DNA of 64,000 nt from Neodothiora populina (taxonomy: Eukaryota). Made by a program: the position numbers and the translations under genes. Each line of letters starts with the position of its first letter. Position 1 is the stretch's first letter. Below are positions 49,035 to 62,820 of this stretch, one piece after another. The stretch is from positions 372,001 through 436,000 of the forward strand of contig NW_027191414.1 in NCBI RefSeq assembly GCF_041146345.1. Direction: 5' to 3'. The notes beneath the pieces are model-generated. The model saw nothing but the letters and a program-made list of their open reading frames with translations, did no database searches and was not told the origin of the DNA.

Positions 49035-50832
49035 TCACTGCTCACCCTTCTGCCATTGTGGTCTGGACCAGAGTATATCATGCTGACCATAGAACTCACC
49101 CGTGACAGTGACAATAAAGTCCAGCACGGCAGAGGTCTGATGATCAGGAACGAGATCCTTGTGCTTGGTCAAAATCCCCGGGGCCTGTTCTGACCTGGCT
49201 TGCGTCTTCTCTTCGACCTGGAAGTCCTTCATTCGGGTTGCCTCGAGGCGCAGACCGACCTTCGCTCCATCGGGAGTGCGCTCGCCTGATAGTCCTTCAA
49301 TCATATTTGCCACTTCAAGCTGAGCATCAGCTTCCTCTAGTTCCATTTTCTTTGCAGCGAGCATGTCATTCAAATCCTGGGATTGTTCGTTGGGCTCGCC
49401 GTCAACCGAGCGGTGTACATCAGCAGACGCTCCGCTCTCATCGGCCGGTATCAAGTCGCTAGGCTCAACAGCTTTGTCTGGCTCTGTCTGTGGTTGATCT
49501 TCGCTTAGTTTCTGCTTCGCTTTTTGCTCGCGTCCATTTTCGCCATCTTCCTCGTCATAGTCCCAATCGTCTTCGTCCCCAGCCACTGCATCTGGATTGT
49601 CTGCTTTTCCCTTGTCTTCGGCGTACTTGTACTGTTCATGACACCAAGCAGCACACTTGCCAAGCTCTCTGATCTTACTGATATCTTCATTGCGGAGTTG
49701 CCAGCTCGCAGGCACTCGTCCGAGTAGACCCCATATCCATTGTGCAAGTGTGGGTGGTATGTTCTTGTTGTGGAGTGCCAGTGATCGTATGTGTCGCTCA
49801 CAGAGCCTGATCAGTCTCCAGACCGTCCATCTGTCCATTGAGGTGAGTTGGGCAAGAAGTGGAGTCGTGTTGACGAGGAGTTTCCTCCAGTCTTCCCTTG
49901 CGACACTCGATCCCTGGGGAAAAGATATTGGGTGCTTTTGATCTAGCGCAGCCACCGCATCGGCCGATGGCGTCGCTTGACAACGCTCTCGGTGTTTCTC
50001 GAAGAGCAGCTTAAGTCGTCCGTAGTAGGCATCCTGAGGGTCAATGGTTGATTCGCCATTCTGATTAGTGGAAGCCGAGAGGGGTTTTGCAACGTAGGCG
50101 CCATCGGAGTAGTAGCCATCAGCATCGTCGTGACCCCATGCCTGCGCATCTGCTTCTTCGATTTCCCGAGCATAACGCTCGTCCTCATCATCTGCTTGTG
50201 CATCTTCCTCCTCTTCGTCTTCGTCGCTGCCCCGACCCCTCTTGCGCGTCGATGTGGTGACTATGTGTGGTATATCTCGGGCTTCGGACCTGGTTCGTAC
50301 TGTTAGTCAGGACAAAATCCTTGTCTTCTCGGAACGGTCAACGTCGAAGCTCTGAGGGGATAGAAATGTTGATCATTGAATTGGCTTACCTGACCATGCG
50401 CAAATAATCCAGTCCATCGTTCGCAGGTCCATAGAAAGGCGCAAATTGATAAGTGTCCAGACCCGGAAATGCGCCTACTTGTCCGTAGGTGGGGTCTGTA
50501 CGCGGTTGCGCGCGATTCGCATCATAAGTGCCATCCGACTCGCGCGACATGATGCGATGTCTGTATTCTGCGGCAGACTCTGGCGTCTTCCCCGTCGATG
50601 AAGATTTGGAATCTTTTTCTTCTGCATCGTCTTCGTTGTTGTTGTTGTTGTCGTTGTCGTCGTCGTTTGAGCTGGCGTATGACACCATGTGACGAGGCAC
50701 TGGCGGGGCGGGACCGGTTTCGACATCATCGTAAGAAACCAGTCGACGTCCATCTATGGGCATAGGTCGAGCTGGAGGTGGTATCGGGTTGTGAGGCGCC
50801 GAGCTCTTTCTTTTCTTCTTGTTCTTCCCCAT
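49035..50832 (-). CDS. Gemin2/SIP1 (Brr1-like) snRNP assembly factor family protein
   Basis: DPTYGQVGAFPGL, DGLDYLRMVR|SEA (intron 50389-50290), QWIWGLL, IRELGK, TVTGEFYGQHDIL resemble Gemin2-family blocks. Confidence 0.7.
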
Positions 50833-51343
50833 GTTGGTGGTGTTGGGTCACTGTTGGAAAGAGGGAAGTCTGTCAGTCGAATTGTTACTTGGATTGTTGG
50901 AGCTTTATCTTCCCATGATGATCATCACCCGCTCGGAGGTTTGATGCCGTTTTGGGAAGTCGCCGCACGCCTACTTTGCCAACATGCAGGAAGGAGGGCG
51001 ACCCTGTCCTGTATCTCTCTCATATTGTGTCGACCCTCTTCTTGACGTTACGATTCATCTCATCTACTCATCATGCTTGAGGCTTGTATTTACGCTCAGC
51101 ATTGCTTTTATTAGGTTTCGAAGCGGAGCAGGATCCATGTCGTGAGATCACGGGCTACGTCAGTCACCCAGGGGATAACGAAATACACGGCCGGTTCATG
51201 GTACGTTGTGTCTCACTTATCTCCGCACTTGGTTTGACTGAATGGATGCAACCATTGTAACATTACCATCTGTTTGATCATTGCCATGCTGGGCTTGGTG
51301 GACTACCCGTGTGACATCTTGTGTTATCCATGACGCAGATCTA

Positions 51344-52432
51344 CTACAATTCAACGACAACCTTTCTAGCACTGACACCCTCTTTCTGCTTATCAAAGCC
51401 CTTCTGGATACTCTCGAGACCCTTGCCTACGACAAGCGGCTCAGGCAGGAACTTCAAGGCACCAGACTTGAGTGCCTCGGGGACGAACTTGCCCCAGACA
51501 GCCTCGCCGACCGCCGGGAAGGCCAGGGCGGGGGTAACGGCAAAGACGCCCTTGACTTCGAGGCCATCAGGCACGTCGGTGGGCGGAAGCACTGTGGCCA
51601 TCTTCTTCGAACCACCCTCGACCTTCTGCAGAATGTCAAAGCAGGGCTTGAAGCTCTCGGTAAGGGAGATGCTGTCGTAGACGCCTGCAAACTGCTTGCC
51701 AGTATCCTTGATAGCCTTGACGATGTCGTCAACAACAGAAGGACTGTTGTAATCGATAACAGCGGAAGCGCCAATGTTCTTGCAGTAGCTGTGATTATGC
51801 TTTGAGGCGGTGGTGATGACCACGACTCCACTAGCAACGGCAAGTTGGACAGCGGTGCTGCCCACACTGCTAGCACCTCCCCACACAAGAAGGACCTTAC
51901 CTGAATCCTCTGGTGAGGTGGTGGGGTAAGGAAGGGCGAGGGCATCTTCCTGGTACAGACCTGCCGTAGCAGTGGAGATTGCAAGAGGCAAGACTGCGCC
52001 CTCGGTAAAGGAGGCGGAAGAAGGAAGAAGTGACGTAGTGATGGCAGGGACCCTGGTATACGATTGGAATGCGTTGTCTTCGGGCTTCTTGGTCGCAAGC
52101 CCAATGCAATGTCTGCGGATGGATTGAGTCGGCCGTCTGCACGTAGGCTGGAGGATAGGATATGCTTACGCTAGGACCCGGTCACCCTTCTTGAACGATG
52201 TCACCTCCGAACCGACGTCGACAATCTCGCCAGAAATGTCGGTACCAAGGATATATGGGTACGTTTCAAGGAAGAGGCCATACTCCTGGATCTTCCAGTC
52301 CACGGGGTTGATGGCAACGGCACCATTCTTCACGACTACTTCCTTAGGACCAGGCTTGGGCATGGCAGCCTCAGCAACTTTGAGGGGATTGGCTTTGGAC
52401 TCGGAAATCCACGCTGCACGGTTTGTAGCCAT
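51344..52432 (-). CDS. Medium-chain dehydrogenase/reductase, enoyl-reductase-like (GroES plus Rossmann)
   Basis: AVAINPVDWK, ILGTDISGE, LPLAISTA, LLVWGGASSVG. Intron 52169-52113. Confidence 0.9.
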
Positions 52433-53359
52433 GTTCGCCTATCTGTGTTGTGTTGTGTTGAGGGCTGATTGTAAGTAGAGACGGAAGCTCGAGTATTCCA
52501 AGGTATTATGTTCTGTCACTCAAGCCAAGTATGTGAGACCAACTTTGCGATGCAATGGCTCAGGTTAAATAGTCGTCCAGAACCCTACATCATACTGTAA
52601 GCAACTGGACGACAGCTCCATCGATTCCAGGAAGCGGAGTTAGGATATAGCGGACAAGGGTTACACGGCGCTGATGTAAGACAATGTCACAGCACGCAAT
52701 CGAAGTGTGAGCAACAGGGGCAGCTATGGCTACCTACTGTAGACGATAGGAATATGGCCGGAGAATTTGATTAACAAAGGTTGCGAGGTGATCAAGGAAG
52801 GTACTTGTGCGCCTACTGTGAACACGGTTGCTGTGCAGGTACTCAAGTCAAACGCACTCTTAGAAGACGAAACCATATGGTGGAAGGATTAAGGTAAATC
52901 TGGTTATAAAATACCCGATCTTGGACAACGCAGGACAGGAAGCATGTTTGTCTCGCCGAGTTGATCAAAACGTCATCCACCCCCCGCTTCTCCAGCTTTT
53001 GTCTTCTGTTGATCAGGAAAGGTATGGCTAGACTGTACTTTCGAAAATCATCACTGAAACACTCAACACCCTTCGCTTTCAGTAATCTGAGATGGGCAGA
53101 GCTGTCGGTTCCAGCTGAGGTTGACGAGATCGAATTTTGATTCATTATCACGAGAGCTGCATTCGACACAGCTAACTTTGCCACGGAAGCTGTCGACGAC
53201 AAAGCGCTCGATAGGTACACTGCAAAGTACCTCACGCAGGCGGCTGTACGATAACACAAAACGTCCGACATGCGGACGGAGAATCTTTCGGAACGACGAC
53301 ACTACAGACTGAGCACTGCATAGTATAAGCGACATCTCGGTAGGTCTCGTTATCGAGAC

Positions 53360-56300
53360 ATGTCTACTCTGGAAGCACCTACGGAGCCCCCTCGTCGAGG
53401 TCTATCGAAGCTGCGCAGGTCTAACCGCAAAGATAGCTCTAAGAATGGGTCTTGTACGTCGCTTGCACCAGCAGCAGCCGACGAGGGCAGTGGTGGCATC
53501 CGAGCCTCTATTGACGGAGCAATTGAGAAACTCAAGGATCGCAGAAGGAAGTCCTCGGATGACCGACGTACGAGCAGCGATTCCAACTCGACTAGCCGAA
53601 TGAGCAGACTGCCTCTGCAACTTCCGCGCAAGTCACGGCGCAAGAGAAGCGGCAAAGACGACGGCTCCCCTTTAGGAATCGACAATCGGGATAACGACCG
53701 GGGTATCTCGCCAAGCCCCAGTGATATGTCTATCGGCCTGGAAGGCAGCGGACACAGCAGTCTTCTGACAGAGGAATCTGATTACGAGGAGTAAGTACAA
53801 GCCAGTCTTCTGTGTCTGTTTACTTTTTCGACAATAACTCCCAACTCTCCGCGTCTCCCAATCAAGGTCATACAGGGAGCGATGACACCGATTCGGCGAC
53901 AATTTTATCTCACCTTGGCCTGCCCTTTCCCTGGCGAAAAAACCAAGCATGTTGCACATTACGACGAGGGCAAGTCGAGCCGCGATAGGGACCGAGCTCG
54001 AGAAGCCGGTGCCCGCGCTCCACCCCTTGATGTCAACGTACCCCGTAAGACGGGGCATGGCATGGCATGGCATTATGAATTGTCCACGATTTCTCATGAT
54101 TCCAGAATTAACTACCTTACCCTTTGTTTCTGTACTCCCTTATAAACCCCAGTTGCCCCGTCTTTTTCAGGGTCACTATAACAGATCTATTTCACATTCG
54201 AGAGCTTCGGAGAAAGCTGCGGGCAGCTATTTGCATAATCGAGTTGCATTCGTTCAAGCATCTCCTATTATCTCATTGCTCTAAACTGACTTGGCTGTCG
54301 ACCCCTCAGCCCGCTGTCGCTAATCTGTTGTAATTGTACAGAAAGCCTTCTCGACCCACATTGTCACCTCACGACTCCCACGCTGGCTATCTGACTCTCT
54401 CGTCCCCATTGATCAACGCTCGGGCTGCACCTGCTGTCGACGACGACCCCTCGCTTGACCAAACAGTACAATCCGTTTCTCAAGCACTGAACACACATTC
54501 ATCGGTCCAAGCGCCGTCTTCGCTAGATTCTTCTGCACCAATCTCCGACAGTGGACTCTCGAGAGACAAATCCGGACAGTCCCAGAGTACGAGCACCACA
54601 ACCCAGGATCCCCAGTCTCACGCAAACAGCGAAGGTCTCGGTCTTGATTTGAACCATCCGCCGGATGACAAAGTGAAAGATACTGGAAACAGTAAGACCC
54701 TCCAACAAGGTAGACCTCGAAGGAAGTCGGTGGAAAAGCCTGTGATAAAGGTTCCTTCGACGCCGGAACAAATCCATCCTTCGACACCACTTATCGTCAC
54801 TGCGCCTGCTACCCCGCCAAATACTGTGGGTACTCCAATCACGTACGTGACACCACCAACACCGACGCTTGACCAGCGTCCGTTGTCTCCGCCGATCGTT
54901 CAGATATCCAATGCTACAGCTGCCAACCCTGCACTTGCAAGTTCCAACCCACCTACTTCCAACACTGCGGTGAACTGGCGCAGACGGACTGGCACCCTGA
55001 CTTTGAGTAAATTATCGACTTCGATACTATCTTCACCGTTGACACCTCACATAGAGGAAGTAAAGACGCCCGGCGGCACGCTCACAACATCGTCAGGAGC
55101 CACTACAGGAGGTGCTGGGAGTTTTTTCTCTTCTGTCTTTAGCGCAGCACAGAACGCGGCCAATCAATTCACAAACACCATCAACACATCCATCAACCAA
55201 AACCAAAAGTCGAAGTCTTCGGCCCCAGAAAGAGTCGAGGAAACTGGTGGTGAGGAAGTCATACCAGGCCCCGAAGATCAGACACAGAATCAAACCGAAT
55301 CAGGACCGAAGCGACAGCTTGCTGTTGAGACTCTTGGTAAAGGAGACCTGAACCTCAGCCACCTCGGCATATCGGACGGTATTGAGGTTAGCCCGATGTC
55401 TTCACAACTAAATCTCCCCCAGGCCGCAGCGCAATCTTCGGAGAACGTCTCTTCCGCCGAAGAGAATGCTGCTGCGCAGGCCGTCTCCGTTGCATACGAG
55501 AAACCTGTCAAGGATGCGGTATCGCAGGCTACCGGCAGGCCCCAGTCCGTAGGGTCAGCCGATGGTTCTGAAGTCGGCATGCAGACCCCACCTCGATCGT
55601 CAATGGCCCTTGACGGTGTGAAGCGATCCGGCAGTGTCAGGAGCAGGCTCAGCAGCGATCGACGGAGACGAACGAGAGGCAGCTCCGCCGCTACCAGCAA
55701 CACCCTGGCTCCACCTGCTGGCCAAGCTCCTAATGGTCCTGGCCATCGACTCACTGGCTTCGCAGTGGCCAGCAGTAAGAGAAACAAGGACTTCCATCAG
55801 CTGTTTCGAAGCGTACCAGAGGACGACTACCTTATTGAAGATTACAGTGCGGCTCTTCAGCGTGACATTCTACTCCATGGGCGTCTTTACGTGTCCGAGG
55901 GTCACATCTGCTTCTCTAGTAACATTCTTGGATGGGTGACCAATCTTGTCATCAGTTTCGATGAGGTTGTCTCCATCGAGAAGAAAAGCACTGCCGTCAT
56001 CTTCCCCAATGCCATAGTCATACAAACTCTTCACGCCAGAAACATTTTTGCAAGTCTAGTCGCAAGAGACTCTACTTACGACCTGCTCATTGGCATATGG
56101 AAAATAAGTCATCCGAACCTCAAATCTTCACTCAATGGAATCGCTCTCGATGATGCCAGCACTGGTGACAAGACAGAGAAAGCAGGGTCCATCGCTTCAG
56201 AAGATGCTTCTGACGAAGGTAGTGAGGACGAAGTCTACGACGAGGATGAAGACGATGGAGATGAGGGTAGCTTCTACGAGCCTACTACAGCAGGCAGCAT

Positions 56301-57655
56301 TGCAGGCTCCGATGCTGGCGATGGCTTGATTTCACGAAAAACCTCGGCTGCCCCGATTCCATCGATACCTGGACAGCCAGCCAGTGCGACGCTGGATCAC
56401 TCTCCAACAATTATACCATCGAACCCTCTAGGTGGCGGTGGAGATATCCCTGGCCCTGTTACACATGCAGCTACAGAATGCACCGACGAGGCCTCACATT
56501 ATCCGAATAAGCTCATCGACACAACCATACCTGCGCCATTAGGAAAAGTGTATTCCCTCATGTGGGGGCCTCAATCGTCGACCTTTATGCGTACATTTCT
56601 GGTTGATAATCAGAAGTCTCGTGAATTAGACTTCGCACCGCAGCCGCTGGGTCTTGACAATGCAAACAAGGAACTTGTATACTCTTTCATCAAACCACTG
56701 AATGCACCGGTCGGACCCAAACAGACCAAATGTATCGTCACTGCTAAATTGGACGATTTCGACCTAGAAAAAGCTGTGACCGTTGGCTGTTCTACAGCCA
56801 CTCCTGATGTCCCATCAGGCGGTGTGTTCGAAACCAAAACAAGATACTGCTTGATGTGGGGGCCTGGTAACAGCACACGGTTTATCGCAAGCTGTACTGT
56901 GGAGTGGTCAGGTAAATCATGGTTGAAAGGTAATAAGATATCACAGAATTGCCCACGCGCATGCATCAATGTTGACAAGTGCTGACCTGTATCCAGGACC
57001 GATTGAGAAAGGTGCAAACGATGGCCAGATACAATACACCAAGGATCTAGTTGCATCTCTACGGGCAGCCACAGCAGCAAAGGCTCCAGCAGCTGGTAGA
57101 CCTGGTAAGAAGGGCCGTTCCCGTCGCAGAGAAAAAGAGTCTTCAGACCAGGCTTCTGCGATAGAGACGGAATCTTCAGCAAAGGCCGAGATGCAGAGCG
57201 GCTGGGGTCCCTTGGAGCCTATACGACCATTCGTGGAACCGATCGGGCAGATCCTCGGGCCGATGCTCAGCGCACAATTGATTATAGGTATCATGGCTCT
57301 GTTACTTGCATACAGTTGGCTGTGGCCTAGTAGTGGTGGTAAACACAACAGCCTTAGCTTCCCGATCACCACGCCTGATCGACTAGCTGCGTATGAAGAG
57401 ATCTGGCGGAGGGAAGAAAGTGAGCTATGGGACTGGCTCGAGGATCGAGTCGGTCTGAACAACGGGATACCTGTCGCGCGTTATGGTGAATCTACCATCA
57501 AAGCGGACAGGCAGAAACTCATTGCACGAAAGGCAATGGGAAAGAAACTGGATCAAGCAACGATGGAGCAAAATCAAATCGACGATGCCATCAGAATCAC
57601 CGAAGAGCGATTAAGTGCCCTGAAAGATGCGATGAAGCACAGAAAGGGACAATGA
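53360..57655 (+). CDS. GRAM plus VASt(StARkin) domain membrane-anchored sterol transfer protein, LAM/Ysp2 family (3 exons)
   Basis: GRAM: KRNKDFHQLFRSVPEDDYLIEDYSAALQRDILLHGRLY. VASt: IKPLNAPVGPKQTKC..TPDVPSG..VEWSGKSWLKG|PIEKG. C-terminal TM and coiled coil. Introns 53791-54341 and ~56930-56997. Confidence 0.9.
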
Positions 57656-60131
57656 ATATGGCAGTAGTACCACCCTACGGGTTGAACTTGACTGACAGGG
57701 TACTTGGCTGTGAATTTTCCTTCATGGCGCAGCAGATACAGCCGCCTGAACTCGTCTTCAAGTACCATCAACTTGAACCACGTGTCTTTTCCTTTTATTT
57801 CATTTACTGTTATTTCCTTGCTTGCAAGATTCTTTTTGTTCCTTTCCTATGTTCAGGTGATTAGGATTCCCAGGTTGGAAAAAGGTCCTTACTCCATCTT
57901 TAGCGTCTGGAGCCTCGGGCGGGTCGTTAGTCAACTCTATTCGAATTGAGAAATATCACACCCACTACGCCTGTATGGTCTTCGAAGATCCTATTCTCTC
58001 TACACTCGGACAGCCTCTTCATGTCGGGTCCTCTCACGATCAGTCACCTTCTCCTCGAAGCAATGAGGCTGTTCGCATGCAACGCTCGTGCCACTCGTGC
58101 TGTAGTCATGAAATTTAGCGCTAAACGGTCAAGCCAGCGTATCTGAGACATGCGTTGACTTTGCCGTGCGGAGCGAAGAGTCCAGCAACCGTTTCTCGTT
58201 TCTCGTTCACCTTCAGCTGTGGAGAAGTAGGGCACAAAGGTACGAGCCACAGCGCAACCATCACGGTTACAAGAGCTCCTACCCTTTAGAGGAAGTTCGC
58301 TACCAAGACCGGCTTCTTGTTCGTTCTTGGACTTCAGGTCGAGCTGGCACTCGAACAGCCAAGCGCGAGTGTGTCTCGGGATGAAGCGACATTTGTACTG
58401 TAAAAGTACAAGTAATTGACCCGTGGCTAGCACGTTTCGACTAGCACGTTTCGACCACGCCGTGAATCCATCAGCCGCCATCTTTTTGCGACCTGAAAAT
58501 CGATTACGAGCGGGACAGCAGCAGCGAAAATTATGAATACCTTATACTTCTTCGATTCCACCTAGCTCACTACTCCACGTGCGCCACCGCGCTGGATGTT
58601 TTTACCTGCACATACGTGACACCTTCGATCGATATCGAGATGATGCACGTCTATCTATGACCACCTCGGTGAAGTCATGCTATGACATCAGTCACATGCG
58701 ATTGTTGAGGCTATTGAGAATACACATCCTCCATGTTCAGACTGCTTGCTTATACGCCGGCTTGTCGAACTTACGCGCAGAGAGCTCGCGCTCGGTCTTT
58801 TCAAGCCGCGGAATGTCTTAGATTCAATATTCACGGTAGGGTGAGTACATTCCCTTTCCCTGGAGAGGCGCCACGAGTATATTTAGCGTGTACATCTAAA
58901 GTTCTGTCACTCGGCCTTCACATGTGCCATTGGTTCCGACGCATGTAAACGGGGATACCAAGATTCACCTTTTACAGAAGTGACTGAACTGCTGCCGCGG
59001 CGTAAATACGCGTGCTCTCATGTAATGATCCAGGACAATCAATCACATCGAGCTGCAATTATTCTCATATCTGAGTATAAACATATCATGCAACGGCCCG
59101 ATTTGATGGCGATGCTTTCCAGAGGTGACTATTACACGAGCGCAAAAGCTAGGTGCAGGACGACAGGTGGTGCATATGGCATATGCATGAATTCGAGTAA
59201 TAATAGAAGAGCTTGCATGAAGGATGGTTCCCGCAGGCACGCATCAGGCCAAAGATCTAATCCTCGAATCGTACCTGGCGTGTGCGGGCTGAATCAGCCT
59301 ATGGCACGAACGAATGTGGAGCAGGATCCCTGCAGCCTGACCAGGAACAGTGTAAAGTCTTGCCGATCACCTGCTTTGGGAAGGCGTGTCATGCATGGCG
59401 TTTGCTCTTAGTATTCTAGCGTCTATAATCCTCCGAGACAACCTCTCTTCTTACATGGTACTGGGTCTATAGCAGACCTGCCAAGTTCTGGTTCAGAATC
59501 ATGTTCAAGAGAGTTCTTGTGGTATATCGTAGGATTGACTTGCAATAGTAAAGACGCCACACTCGGTGAGCCCCAGCCAGGCACGCTAAATCCTTGTTAT
59601 ACTGGCTTTCATGAAAGTCTCGTCTCCGCAATTGTGTGAATACCTTCTCATGCAGAACTGCAGCCGAGAATTGCTCCTCCAAAGTTGATACTCAGAGCCT
59701 TCTCAAGAGCTCTCCCCAGCTGTTGAATGTGCTCTCGCTCACCCCGCTGTCTCGGCAGCCTGAAGTCTGTGATTCTGACAAGTTCTCGATCTCTAAAGCC
59801 TCTTCGTACTATAGCGATGTTCAGCTCGACTCTCAGCCATCGAAACCTTGGTTCTGCGAGAGCACGCTCCAGTCGCATACATAGATAGACGACTCATGAG
59901 CGCGGCTGAGATGTAGCCGTGTCGAGGGCTATATAATGTTCTGGGTATGCCATGATTTTCTACTTTCTGCATCACAAGCTCAAGCATATCCTCTGAACAT
60001 ATCTTCATATACGAAGCATCCTATATCTTCATTCAGCAACGTCGAAGGCTGTTATTCGAACATCTCTACTTGTCTCAGATCTCCAACGTTCACTATCTAA
60101 GACCCCCCGTTCAACGGTTTCAACGCTCACA

Positions 60132-61336
60132 ATGCGCAACTTCGCTCTTATTCCCGCCTTCATTGGCCTTGCCCTTGCTGCTCCCAGGCCTCAAGACATT
60201 GCTCTTGATGAGATCGAGGCATTGCCCACTGTCGCTGTCGTTACTCCAGCTCTCGTTGTTGCTTCACAGAGCGCGAGCGTACTGCCTCTCGAGTCTCAGC
60301 TCGCTGCTGCATCTTCCGCAATTGTGGCAGATCCCGCAATTGGTACACCTGCCGCTGAGAAGCGCAATCTCGCTGAGCGTGATGGTACTTGTGCGCCATA
60401 CCCCAAGGGCGCAGGTCCTGTCCCCAGCCCCGATACTCCAGATGCTTTTCTCAACAGCAAGACCTTGAACGACATGTCTGAGTATGCCGTTGTCCCCGAT
60501 GGATACAAGGAAGAATTCAAGGGCGCAAAGGCCTCGTTGTCAGCCTACAGCTACATGGGCCTGTACACTCTCGACAGCTACGACACTTTGAGCTGCGCCA
60601 ACCGCTGTGACCGCGCGCAGGGCTGTGTCGCCTTCAATGTTTACATAGAGCGTGACCCCAGCCTCGATGCGAACAACCAGAAGTGCCCTAACCCTCCCAG
60701 TACCATCAACTACAAGTGTACCCTGTGGGGTGCCCCTGTCTGTGACGACCAAGCCACCAACTTTGGTCAATACCGTGCTCAGTTCAAGGTCGTCATCACT
60801 GGCTCAAACGCCTACAACAAAAACACGCCTCCTGCTGCCGTTGACGGTTTCCTTGGCCCTTCTGCCCTCGGCGGTGCTATTCGTGCTCCCCCAGAGACCG
60901 GCTCTTACCTGACTTACCAGTACTTCCCCTTCAGCCAGAAGCAAGGTTATACCCCTCAGACTTGTGCTGCTGGCTGCAAGACAATCACCGAAGAAAACTC
61001 GAAGAACCCTAAGAAGGATGGTTCCTACCAGAGCTGCGTAAGTTCTTCCTCCCTCCTCTAGATCAATTACACATGCTATCGTGGATATCGTGTGCTAATC
61101 GTAATGTAACAGGTACAATTCAACTCCTACGTCCTCTCCAAGAACGGGACTCCTCTCGGTCTTTACTGCAGCTTCTACGCTGATGTCTGGGGTCCCCAGT
61201 ATGCCGACAAGTAAGTCCTAATCTTGCATTATGCATAATCGCGCCTCACTAACATATTAAAAACAGCTACGGCCAATACAGAGGTTCCGACAGGTACACC
61301 GTTTCTCAATCCTACAGTTACTGCCTTGAGCAGTAG
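60132..61336 (+). CDS. Secreted Cys-rich protein with two related Apple/PAN-like modules
   Basis: Signal peptide MRNFALIPAFIGLALA, EKR dibasic site, CANRC..CVAFNVY and CAAGC..CVQFNSY. Introns 61038-61112 and 61211-61266. TATATAA near 59930. Confidence 0.8.
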
Positions 61337-62820
61337 GTTGCAGAACGAAAAGATTGCGTAGTTGAGCCTTGTTTTTTTTCTTCGCGACAGGCTCCCGCTT
61401 GTTGCTGAGAAGGGACTGCTTTTCGATTCTTCTTGATTTATTTCACCATGTCACTCCTTGACTTGCTCGTTTCAGTATATAGTTTCATTCTCGATTTGTC
61501 AATATTTTTCCTCATAAATTGGCACGGTAACATGTTCCTCGCATTGTGACTTTATAGTAAACGACACCTAGAACTTTGGCTATTCGATTTTTACTGCGTG
61601 AATAGTATAGGTAGTCACAAGTACAAGGTGAAGTGGGAAAGTATGAATGTACTTCTCCAGATGTACTACTGTACTTATCTTACCTTACCTTATCTTTACC
61701 ACAAGACTGCAGTAGCTAAGTCCTTAAGTCTCACTTGGGGACCATCTTTGGTCCGTCGAGGTTCAAAAACGCCACTTACAACCGAGTCATTGTACAGATT
61801 GGACGCATGGAAACGACACATGCTGATCCCCGTTCTTGTGTATATGCGCGACTCTCCCTACCCTGATGAGACAGCCAGTATTCCAGTGATCGACGCCTAG
61901 GTAGCTAAGACACATACAAAGTCCGAGACTCACTTGTGCTAGTGAACAAGAATGAAGAGCATTAGCGAAGCAGCAGCGGTATAACTTACCGAGATAAGTG
62001 ATCGATACCCTCTCTATGCCAGAAGACAGTGCTGCACGTGTTTCTCACTAATACCCATCGAATGTACTTGGAGTTTCTCATGATTGAGGAAGGAAATATG
62101 GTAGTGATAGCTGTCGTTCCTCTTTTCTTCCTATGTCGCCCCTCACACACACGCGCGCGTAGGCTGTATGGATTATGGTTGTGTGTGTGGGGTATCGCAG
62201 TTACCACCCCGAACACCTGCCTCACCCTCACCCATCTACAGTGTTTACTATAACAATCTTCTAGCAGCGCGCAGAGAAGACAATTCTCTCCGAACTGAAG
62301 AAGACTTCGAACTCTCTAAGCCTGATTCTCCAACATTTCGGACCTCGGATCCGGACGAGTGGGTTTTGCTTGTTTTTGTCGTTCTCGTCAACCGTTGCGG
62401 ATTCGCGAGACATTCTCCGTACTGCCCTTTTTATTTCCTCATGTCGGCAATGCCTCAACCACCTTATCGGATATAAGATTTGGAAAACCATTCGACACGA
62501 AGTTCTAGACCATCTGGTTGTTGCGTCATTGGGACTGGCTCGCGACAAGAAAAGAAGCGGGGAAAGAGCGATGTGATGGCTGATGGTGGAAATGGAATCA
62601 CAAATCATTGCTTCACGTCGATCCCGTAGGCAAAGTCTGTTTCGTGGGATGCGGATGTTACTGTGTGATTTGGAAGTCGAACCTAAGGATGGATCGGAGG
62701 TGTTTATATGTATAGTCTGACTGTGCCCACTCGGGTGCGGGTGCGAGAACTCTTGATTGAACCTTTCTGTTGTGTTGTTTTGTACTGCTTCCCTGAGTCC
62801 CTAGCGTATCAACTCCTATA

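Noticed and set aside
49943..50290. Apparent frame break in the Gemin2-like gene in the ORF track
   Set aside because: Exon 2 reads continuously from the acceptor at 50290. The track simply started at a downstream GTG.
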